DNA of 64,000 bases, taken from NCBI GenBank assembly GCA_002633005.1, contig NMRA01000175.1:379831-443830 (forward strand). Reading direction: 5' to 3'. This DNA comes from Phoronis australis. Lineage: Eukaryota > Animalia > Phoronida. A model generated the notes under the pieces. The model saw only the letters and a list, made by a program, of their open reading frames with translations, did not search any database and was not told the DNA's origin. The position numbers and the translations under genes were made by a program. Below, piece after piece: positions 10,901-22,900 of this stretch (its first letter is position 1; each line of letters opens with the position of its first letter).

Positions 10901-13900
10901 AATTGAAATAAAGTCTTGCCCATGGTGGAACTCTAGAGGCCTTAACTCTGTATTCCACCTTGTTCTGTTGCTTGCTATCTGTTTGACCAATGATATGTTG
11001 TCAACAAATGAGTGTATCTCACTTAATTATGCTCATGACCACTTATCTTCGAATACGCAGTTGGAAAACAGCAGCGTTCCTATGGAGACCGTTGCCAGTG
11101 TCATTGCCACCAACACTGGCTCTGGCCGTATGAAAAGTGCTGACCTCAGCAGCACTGCCTCACTCTTGAACCGGGTGGTGACAGTGAGCAAGAAACAGAA
11201 CCAAAACTTGACACGCGTAGAAAGGAAGAAGAAAGCAAAGGCTGTCACAAAGGTATATGTTTAAACGTGTGTAAGAGGTAGAACAACCACTTTGCTGTGT
11301 TGCCTGAGGAAGTATGAAAGGATACTAAGCCCTGTTTGTGGTGATTTTAACCAGTCCTCATTCTGTCACCTGCTAATGCATCATTGGCGTCATACTTGAG
11401 TGATAAAAGCAAGATTCAATGGAAAACAAGTACTCACTGTCTCACATATTGGATATCATGGTTCTTAGTGGTTGGACTTTCCATGCTTGACCGTTAAGCA
11501 GACTTTGTAAGTTTTCAAATTTTTTTTCAAATGTTTTAGGGTTGTCAAGGGTTACAGAGCATTATTTTGTTTGAGAGAAATGGGAAAGATGTTTTAAATA
11601 TTTATTAAAAGGCCAAAAGCTGGGTTTGGTATCCTTTTAAGAGAATGGATTTGCATGTTGGATGGACGAATGTTACGTGGATGGATGTTATATGCAGAAA
11701 AGAGCTCTTATTTCAAAAAAGTGCAGGCTCAACAAGGCCATGTTAACTTGATGCTCATCTTTCTTTCTAGCCACATCCCATGTTTATTTCCTTCACTTAT
11801 TTCTTCAGTCAATCGCCAAGGCAGGAAGTAATATGCTGTCCAGCCAACAGGAGGCATCATGGAAAGCCATGAACAAAACGAACAAAGCCAAGGCAGCAGC
11901 TGACATCTTAACATGCATGGAGTCCGCTGCCTTCAGCATAGCGGATCAAATGAACGACACGGAGGTGATCATGGAGGTCAGCGAGAACATAAGTAAGTGA
12001 CAAGGGGGCATAATTTGGCAAACTTGCTAGAAACTGAAAACTGATTTAATAATGTCATTGAGTTTGTGAGAAAACGAATGCAAAGATATACTCTGCATAA
12101 TTATTTTACTTTCTTCAGAAATTATGTTATGAAATATTGCGTCATGAATAAAGCATACAGTCCAGTAATAATTTTTCCTCCATCCTATTTCTGGTAACAA
12201 GAGATACAATTACTCTTTTAGTTCTTGAGGTCAATGTTGTCAAGGTAACGGATTCTGTGGAGCCCATTGTGTTCCCAGACATGTCGGCATTGTCCAGCAG
12301 TAGTTGGAAGGTTATGAGTGACCAGGTGATCTTCCCTGCCCAGGGACTGAAGGACAACAGTGTGGATGGTGAGTCATGGCTAGCAAGCAGTTCAGTGTAT
12401 ATGAAAAGCTTACTAGATGGTTTCATGAGTTTTAAGAACATTATTGGTGAGAAATTGAGTTTCTGAGATCGACATTAGTGGGAAATCAGTCGCAGTGAAA
12501 CATTCTCTGGGTAGAGTTAAATCATGCTCTTGGCAACATATTTTAAGTGAATGTAACTGTTAAAGTCACTCCCCTTTATTACAGTGGTTGGCAAGCACTG
12601 ATGAGAATTAGCAATTCTTGATTAAGTCACAAAAACACAATTGTTTTTTTGACGTTTTTTTAGCTCAGATGAAGAAGTCTTTTCCATCAAAAACCAAACC
12701 CAAAAATGCTTTTTTCGGTCGTAAAATCAAAAATGTCCATTTAAAGGAAAATCGATTGACATTCGATATGGAGTAACTATGTTGAGTAAACCTCTTTGTA
12801 TTGGATACGGGATAATTCTAATTGGGTGTGGAATGTATAATATACAAGTTATTGTTAGAACCTATGAAATAATTAGATGGTAGTTGAAATGACATGGAAC
12901 ATGTTTAAAGAGAACCAAAAATGTGCAAATTTAATCTCCGTAAGGTGAAACAAATTTTAGAGCATTGAGCCTGCCAAAAATACTGCCCATGATGTCGTGA
13001 CCCAGACACACTCATTGAAATAATAGGCTTATCTCGGCGTAATAGTTTCAAGTAGCCGTGAGGCTGCTATCTTGCTGTCATAACTGGTAACAATAGCATT
13101 ATGTGTTGAAGTTGAAAGTAGTATTAATTTTTGCAATTACATTATGTTTAAAAAACATGCTGTGCCTTCTATCTCCTCAGGTCTTGCCAAGGTTGTGATC
13201 ATCTCGTATAACGAGATCAACAAGTACTTGGGACCTCAGATCGACCAATCGGGCATCGGAGAGCAGAAGAACTCGACACTTGTCAACACTCGTGTGCTGT
13301 CGGCATCCATCAACCAAGCAAAAGAGAGTGTGGCTCTGTCACAGCCGCTTATCTTTACACTACAACACAGCAACGTCAACTACACGGTCAACCCACAGTG
13401 CAGTTACCTGGACTACACTAAGTAAGTGCAATCATCCTACTGCATGCGTGTGGGAGACTGGGCAGCTCCGTATCTAATACACCTGTCTACATGCCATTCC
13501 AAGGAGGTTGCTGTTCATAAGCTGCCATTCAGTGATTATCCAACTTGTCTATATTGAGGGGCAGAAAACATCAGGTATCCTAATGGTGTTCAGCATTAGC
13601 GAAAAGGGAGATAACTCCACTGCAGATTTAGAATTAAGTAGTCAAGGGGAGGAGATGTTGCGAGTACTGTATGTGTTCTGGTTAATGACCAAGGATTTTA
13701 AAATCTGGTTGGATGTTAAAACAAAGTATGGAACTTAATATTCAAAAGTAGGTGTTTGAACATGAACGTTCAAAAGGGAAACTGCTTGAACATGAACTTT
13801 CAAAAATGAAAGTATATGAACATGAATGTTCAGAAGTCAAGAAATTGTTTGAAATTTGATGCGAGGATTTTTTCAAATCATGAGTATTGACTTGAATGGG

Positions 13901-16900
13901 GTCAATATTGCTTCAAACTTTTGAGTCTAAAATATTGCGTTTCAAGTATTTTCAATTTAGGAATTCTGAATTTTTGAAAACTAGTCTTAATGGCTTTCTT
14001 AGTGAAGTCATCTAATGTAGTTCTGTACTAGTTATAAACAAAAATTCCATAGCGACAGTAGAATGCTATTTATTGGCCTCTGAGCAATTCACAACTAGCA
14101 AAACTTGATAGCGTTCAGTTTTAGTTGATAGATTGCTGAGTTTCAACTGTGGTATGGCGTGGACTATTTAGCAACTGCATCATGAAATATTCACTTTGTA
14201 AACTTGGTCAACACATGACAATGTTGTGAGTGTAAAGGACGTGTAATATTAATACAGATGTGGAATAGTCAGTTGTGGCATTAGACACCGGTCATATGTT
14301 AACCATTTTTTCATGAACTTGTTCTTATTCTGTACCTTACAGCAGTGTCTATGGTACGTGGTCAGAGAAAGGTTGCCGCGCTACATCCTCAAACAACACG
14401 CACACCACGTGTGAATGTAACCATTTGACTAACTTTGCTGTTTTATTGGATGTGACTGGTACAGAGGTGCGTTTCTCAAGTGAAAGGGACTGGTTTGTGA
14501 TTATGATACTGCCAATTTACTTGCCTTTTTATATGCTGATATGAGCTGTGAATGTTTCTCTTAAAGAACAACGTCTGTAGAATTGTAGTTTTGACTTTTT
14601 ACCAATCTTATGATTAATTGGGTTATGTGACCATGTCTTCCAAGTTAAATTTAGTAAAAACGTAATGTACAATAACATCAATAGTATCAATATCGTGATC
14701 AAATTTTATTTGATTTAAATGTTTAAGAGATCTCAAAAATACTGTAGAGTTTTCAAAAACATGGTTTTGCTTTCTTTTAATGCAACTCGCAAAATCATAA
14801 AAGTCCCACGTTTTGATTACCCCTCTTGCAAAAGTGGAACATTCTAAAATAATTCCTAATGTCGTTTTGAAGAACAGTGCATAAAGCGTAGTATCTGAAA
14901 ATTTCATGTGAATCCGATCCCGCATTTCTGAGATGTGATCTTCCAAAGCTAGGCAAATTTCTACAGTTTTGTAGGGTTCTCTGTAACCTTAAACCACTCC
15001 AGCCTGAACTGATTTTGAAGTCATGCCAAATGTTGAATCCTCTCATCCTCCTGATCGTTTGCATCATTGTATGTATTCCTTGTTACTCTACTTCCTTACC
15101 AGCTGAGTCAGCCACTAATGAAAAAACATCAAACTTTAATAATTAAAAAGATTTATCGCTACTGAAATTTTAATACAATTTCTGCTTACTGGCATTGTCA
15201 CTTAAGACAAAAATCCCCAATGGTAAAAAAGATTGCTATTTCAGTCTCGCGTGAGAGTGGTGATTCCAGACAGTTTAACAATTTATCAATAACTGGCACT
15301 ACTGCTACAATCTCTAAAAATTTTGGAATTTTTAGTGATATACCGGGCCACCGCCTAGTTCATGGCAGAACGGTTCCATCAAGTGAAATATGTTTAATAT
15401 TCTTTTACATTCAGGAGACACGTCACCTTTTTTAACTTTTCAAAGACTTGTAATGACCAGCACCCGGAAGTTCACATCTGAAATCTTGAACTGGCATTAA
15501 CAGCTGGCAGCATACCCGGTCATTTTGACAATTATGGTTGTTAAATTATGGCATCTCTTCTTGAATTCTCCGAGTCAAACTTCTCCAAGGTCACGGGCAA
15601 CTTTCTTCCAGTAATTACCATAGTCATTTAGGCTTGGGTCTGAAATCTCAGTTTCCAAATGTTAAACTCAAACTTTAATTTACTTGTTTGTTTCTCTATA
15701 GTTGTCTAAAGAACATGAGCTGTCACTCATCATCATCACATATGTGGGCTGTATTGTGTCCCTGGTGTGTCTGCTGCTGAGTTGGCTCACCTTCCAGTTG
15801 TTCAGGTGGGTCTGGCTTCTTTTGATCTTCTGTATAAAGTGATGTGGTGAGATTAACACCAGTAGTCAATGTTACTGCTGATTTTTAAACTGCGGTGATC
15901 ACCAGTGGTAATCCTACTCCTTTGAATAGAGCCAACAAGTTAAAGTTAATAATACCGAGTGAGTGGAAACTGCCATGTAGTGCCTCTCACATGAACAGGG
16001 TGTTTGCGTGATCAGGTCTACCAAATTCTACCATGCTTTGAAAAGAAAGGATTATCTAACACAGTCACCACAGGTGACCCGAAGGTATTATGTGTCTGAT
16101 TTTTTCTGTAATAGGTGTCATCTTCATTGGGAAACTGTAATTTGTTGAAGAGGCAGTTATTCATTCCATTGCGTAAACAACATGATTATTTCGTGTTTTT
16201 GCACTGTTCCAAAGCAGAAGGCGGGTTATATAAAAGTTATACACTCAGGATAACGCTTGCCCCTCTTTCATTGTTGAGCAATGCACTTGACTTCATGCAA
16301 CAGTCTGGGTTATCTATTGACCATTTCTCTTTTAACTTTATGCATTTCCATTTATCCTTCCAGGAACTTGCAGAGCGACAGGAACACTATTCACAAGAAC
16401 CTCGTCTTTTGCCTTTTTGTTGCTGAGATCATCTTCCTGCTGGGTATCAAGCAAGCAGACAAACCAGTGCTCTGTTCCGTCATTGCGGGCTTCCTACACT
16501 ATTATTTCTTGGCTTCGTTTGGCTGGATGTGTCTGGAAGGAATACAGCTTTATGTCATGTTGATTGAAGTGTTCGAAGCGGAGAGGTCAAGAGTGAAATA
16601 CTATTACCTCGCTGGATATGGTGAGATACTAAGTGCAACACAAAAAGTGAATAGATTTGATATATGATGCAGCTGTAGATTCAAAACCTGAAACTAAATG
16701 AAATGTATAAGTCCAGGTACATCTGCGTACAAGTTATGCTGCCTAAGTTATGCGTAGATGTTGAAATTCTATTCTTGATTGTTGTGGTTATTAAAATAAC
16801 AATTCTCTGCACATGTGCTAATTACAAGCAGGTATTTGAAGTCATAGCTCCGCAAAAATTGTTAATAAAGCTGTCGAACTTCATCATTTAATTCAGCAAT

Positions 16901-19900
16901 CATTTAAAAGTCGGCCGGTCATATTTTACGGAATTATGTTGAATCTTTGAAATTTTATCGTATGGTTCTGTGGTGTTCATGCGAGTTGTCTGGTGATTCT
17001 TTTTAGGTGTCCCTGCAGTGATAGTAGCGCTCTCTGCTGGCATTAGTTATGGTATCGGACAACCAGGATATGGGACAGATAAGCAGTGCGTAATGAGTGT
17101 CAGAGACGTATTAATTAGTACTTAGTTTTTGCTGATAAACCACTTGCACCATAAACTCTTGAAAGAAGGAATGTAATACATTCCTGTTTATGAGGTGGTA
17201 AACTGAAGTAAAATGAGTTTGAGATTGTCAACTTGAAAACGTTTTCACAAAAAAATGTCAATATTCATCTGATATTCTTCGTTTATTGTGTCAAAAAGTT
17301 GTGAATAAGTGCATATATTAAAGTGGCAAAAACCCGCACTCCATCAAGGAAATTAAATTGGATTTTGATAACGTACTGCTATGAAATTGGTCTAAACTTG
17401 TTCCTCACTTGGATGAGAAGTTTTTTGTTTTGTCTTGCAAAGAAGTTGCATTTTGTTGTTCTCGAGACCACGCTCTGTGAATAAAAGGTTGCGCCATGAG
17501 AAGTCAACTTGTAGAGACTGTTCTTGAGCATTAACAGTCTGGCAATTCGTTTCAAGCTCGGAAATCTTAACGTATTTTGGCATAGGAACAATTGGTGATG
17601 AATTTCACAACGATAAGTAGTCCAAATCAAAAAATCGTTTTTTGTGATGGTAGGTGGGTTTATAGTTGCTTAGACTAATTTGACCAATGTACGTTATAGC
17701 TAATTAGTTTAACTTTTTTCATAGTTGCTGGCTGAGGGTTGACAATGGCTTCATCTGGAGTTTCGTTGGCCCTGTTGCCGTGGTAATTACCATTAACATC
17801 ATTATGCTGAGCATCGCCATTTACATGATGTGCAAGCACGCCAACTCATCAGCTGCTAGGTCCAAGGACAAGTCAAGGTCAAATAACATGAAGTAAGTTT
17901 ACTATTCATATGTTACAAAATGTCAATTTCAATCTTTCTTTTAAGTAGATGTTTGTATTTTGTGCTTTTTCAAACATGAAGACTTTCAGGTTCATAACAT
18001 TGTCAATAGAGGTTAAATTGAATTTGTCGTACCGATAAATTATGTTTCTTGTTCGCAACTTAATCGTAACCTCTTTGTCTGTCAGATTTTTTTGAAGTCC
18101 TGCTTTGACAATGATGAGAAGGGATGGTTTGTCCGAACAGCAAACATTCCTAATGGCTTCTAGTTTTCTCAAAAGTTGATACTTTGTGACTTTTGAAATT
18201 TGGTTTAGACGGTAGTCTTGCAGTTTTTGTAATTTATTGTCTGTTTTGTCTCAAGACCAGAGTCTTGTGACCAATCGTGCTCTAAGCGTGATGACAAGAG
18301 TGGTGAGAACACAGCCAATGGCTCGGCCAATCAGTAAGCATCAATGTTGTGAATGCATGCTGTTCCATTGTTTCTTATTGGATGATTGCTTCTGGAGTTC
18401 TGCTGTTGTTCTTTTGATATTGCCATGTGTGCTGTTAGCATTTAATTTAGTTTTTTAATGCCAAATAAGTATCTAGATTGACAGTTGCCACATTATCCCA
18501 CTGAGAACACATAAAATGCACTAATTGAAGCACTGCTCCTTAGTTTGCTAAATCGAGCACTGGGGTATCTGAAGTTATGGTTTTGATGTGTTCCTTTGTG
18601 TTAATGCATGGTGTTGACATTCACCTTCTTACTATTACATGTTGTAGCTTCATATGCCACCACCTGAACAAATTTCACAGAATTCATACTAAAAGTGTTA
18701 TTTTATAGCGATTGGAGTTAGTTGATAGGTTGAGTGACCTTATTGTGGTAAAAAATGGGGGTTACTTATAGAACATGTGGGACCATTAAGTACTCTGTGA
18801 TAATCGAGATCATTTCTAGGAGCAGAGGAAGAAGAGGACGAATTTTATACTCTCATAGGGTCCAATATTATTATTAAGATTCTGCGTTGATATTGATTTG
18901 TGATTTTCTAGTTGCCGCTGTGGTTTCATCTTTTTATTTTTTATTCTTTGTTGTGAGTTGATGCTTTCCGTTATTAGTTTCAACACGGTAACGAAAGTTA
19001 CAGAATGGAACTTGTTGACATCATGTTATATTTGTAAATATGTCTTAGCTTCATCCTTAAAAGTAGATAATTTGCTAACTTTATTCATTCTGTAAGTACC
19101 GTAGTAAATTTGTCTTCTGAATTCTCCTAATAATTGTTTCTTTTCACTTAAAGTATTCTTTTGCTGATATCTGTTATAGAGCTGATGAAGAATACTCTTC
19201 TGTGTTTGAAGATACAAACACAGAGTTCTCTGGCTATCAGCCGGGATATAAAGGTCCATACGTTGTCTCTGGTGATGCTGATAATTTCTGGAACTTCAGT
19301 AATTGCCCAGAAGGGCGTGCCTCAGCACCGTAAGCTTGGGTGGTGGGAACGCCATCTGTTGTGTATTTGGCATTGGATTATTTCCTCCTATTTGCTTAGT
19401 TTGTTTTGTATATACCACCTACAGAACTGTGCTTTCGAGTCTAGTGATGTTTTAGGACCTTGCCGACCTCTATCTGTGCTTAAGCAAATCAATGAGGATT
19501 TGTGTTCAGCGGTCACTTGTTGAAGTATTTCATATTGCAAGGTTTCCTCCTGGTTTCGGGTTTACAATTGATTCTGGATTTGTTTACTCGTGTAAAAATT
19601 AAATGTAATGTACTCTGAGAATTCCAAGCATGTTGTTGTCGTATAAGTGGTTGATTGATTGATTGATATAGTAAGACGTAGGCATAGAGGCTTTAAATTT
19701 GAGTGTGATGTCTGAAAATCTAAAAGAGGGCCGGTACCACTCAGAAAATCGTGGTTGGATATCATAATGCTCATTCATAGCTATCCCTCTGAGCTGTGTT
19801 GGTTTGCCTAAAGGTTGTCTGGTCTTAATCTGTGTGTACTGCTTCAATTTGTCTACCGTACCCCCTGGTTGGAGAGAACTGGCATGGGTCTTGTTTGAGT

Positions 19901-22900
19901 GAGCTGTGTTCAGACTTACACTTTCACTGGCATCGTTTGAAATGGTTGAGAAAATGACGTGGAATAGAGATGGAAATGATACTCTGATTTTTGATCAACA
20001 TACTGATAATCTTGCTGTTGATGCAGTTCAGGCATTGATTCGCCTGCAATTATCTTTATCTTAGTAAGAATATTCATGACTCTTCCTTCTCAAAAATATG
20101 TTTTTCTCATACTGTCATTAATAGCTTTCCAGTACAAAGATGCCTTTTTTCTGCAATCATAGCAGTTAGATGACTCACCACAAATTAAATAAATGGTGAA
20201 TTTACATTTGGGCAACCCTTCAGATTTGTTATTGAAACTTAATTAATTAGTTTATTTAATATCAATATCTTGGCATCTGTATTAATTGGCTTGATGCTGA
20301 AATAACAGCCTAATACTCCTAGTTGAGCCTAACGTATGAAGAGGCATGTAAACGTGTTCTCTGCAGCAGAGAGCTAGTTGAACAAAAGTTTGTGATTCAT
20401 TCAAGTACGAATTTTACTTTCTAGAACATCGCATCCTGTTTCTGACTCTGTAGCGATTGGAGATCTCAAGGATCGTCCAGTACCTTCTGCTGAAAAGAGC
20501 AAAAGATCTGTGACGTTTAGTGCTCCGTAAGACCGGTTGTTGTTCTTGTTGTTGTCTGGTCTTTTGGTGGTGTTGGCCATTAGCATGCTTTGTTGGGATG
20601 AGAGTCGGATCATGGTTTCATTTCCATCTGTGTCATTGGATGACCGTGCTTACAGTTTTGTATTTTTGAAGTTTTTCATTTCAGCTGGCTACATTGCGAC
20701 CGCATACAGCTCCTAATTCCACACTTGCTTTTCGTATTCACTTTCTTTCTAGATTGCTGTATCTGTACACTAGTTTGTTCTGGATCAATTAAGATTTTTT
20801 TCAATTTGGTGAAGCACTTTTTGAAATTTTCTCGACTTAATTAGTTTCAATTCTGCAGTACAACACATTCACAAATCACGTTAGGATGGGCCGTGGTGAT
20901 AGCATGCTTTCTTGAGCTGTGAAGCATGTTGGTGCAGGCATAGAAACACAATGGGTGTTTTTTTTTTAAAAACGCATGTAAAGTTTGCTGCCAGAGTCAA
21001 CTTTCTGACTTTCCATTCCTTTCAGTAGTGTCAATTTTTGATACTAGTCTATAATGTAGGCTAAATCATCTACAGTACTGCATTAAAAATCATGGAGATC
21101 AGGTGCCATCCTGCAGGCGTGTAATACTATCATCAAGTGAATACTCTTCAAAACTTGACTTTTATGTAGGGTGCATGATATCCCCAAGTAAGGTGTTTTT
21201 GTGAAGCGCAGTGGAGCTTCTGCATAGTTCTTTCCATATCAGAATGAAGAGTGTTTACTGGCCGTTTTTTCATATACATTGAATTCTTGGTGAAAACTCG
21301 CCACTTGCGTACAAAAATAATAGCCAAAATTGCCATTATCATTTTTCGACTGAAGGTCTAACATTTTTGTGAAGGACAATGTTTTTACAAAATATTTCCT
21401 CATAGTAGCTATGTTACAGAACTTCAACACGGTAAAGCATTGAATGGTGCTATGCATCTATTATGAAGAATGAGAAGATTAAAGTATCAATTCTCCTCCA
21501 TGTTGTGTTCTAAATTGATGAGATTTCTACACACAACCTCTCATGATTACAATGAGCTTATCAGTTGGTCTGGCTGAATTTATTCAAGCCTTTCAGAGTG
21601 CAAAATGATAATGTCAACCTGAGAGCTTCCTCAAAAACTGTGATGCATAGGGTCTATGGCAAAGGAACCGTTAAACGAGAATGCCACCCGATTTCATTAG
21701 TCTTTTTTGCAGTCTTAATCGGTCTATATCCACTTCACCTCGCATACGGTCGACCTTACCTTGCCAAGAGGTGTCGCGTTAACCTGTGAGGAAGGTGAGA
21801 AACGACGCTAGCGACGTCAGTGGTTCATATGCAGAGTGAATGCCGCTATGTTGCGGTGCATCGTTCCCGCTTGTCCGAACTAAGCAGCTGCGAGGAAAGC
21901 GGGTATTTCGTTTTTTTTTTTTTACTTCCTCGACAGTCCGAAATGCTTAGGAAGTGGCTCATGGTAGTGAAAAATGAAATGTACGCTGTAAATAGCAAGT
22001 ATGAGGCCGTGAAACATCTCCGNTTACATGGAAGTTTTATGATTTATTGGTGTTAAACGATGACTTCAAGCGATAAGCTGACACCAGTAACCCTTGTTGT
22101 GAACTGCTGAACAGACTGCGTGTGAAACCGATGACGTCATTGGATAATTTCAACACCTCCGTCTGCCGTCAGGTGTCAGGTAACGCAACCGTACGTGTCG
22201 TTATGGAGTAGAACTACTCGATCTAAATTGATACTAATTAGGTTGCTTTTTGGGTGGCATGCTCCTTTAATGGGGTCAGCTCAGTCGTGTGTTTGACTTC
22301 AGTATCATGTTGCTTGGTCTGTTACAGTAGTGGTGAGAGTGGGGACTCTACTGATGTGACTGGAAAGACTAGTAAAAGCAGCAGCAGTAGCAGTAAGAAG
22401 CAGAGTACGCCACCTAGTGTCATCATGTAAGACCATGTTTACTGCAATAGGGGGTATTACTGCATTGTAATGAATTGCTTATGGTGTACAAAAAGTTATG
22501 TGGTCTGTCGATGTGATGATATGAATGTGTCATTAGTGTTGTGCTACAAGGTTGCGGATGTGTTCCATAGAGCAGTGCATTTTTTAGTTTGGAGAATATA
22601 GGCACTTAAGTTGTGCTCAGAGGCAGATGGGAGTCATTTCCAGCACCTACCGTAAAAGTGCTTGATTTTATTGTTGTAAGAATGTCTCAATTAGACTATC
22701 TTGTCATCTAAGCTAGGCCACATTTACATGTATTATTAATATCACTCCTCGTGCTTTGATGGATTAATCTTGTGATTTCAAAAAACTGCTAGAGTGCTGT
22801 CAAAAACACTAGTATTAAAGAATGTTCAACATCGGCTTGAGCCCATTACTTAAAACTGACAATTTTCAAAATTTGAAGTTCCTGTTTCTATTGAAAAAAT

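Noticed and set aside
18820-18880. Purine-rich segment after tttctag as a fifth ICL3 exon
   Set aside because: There is no phase-2 GT donor before an in-frame stop.
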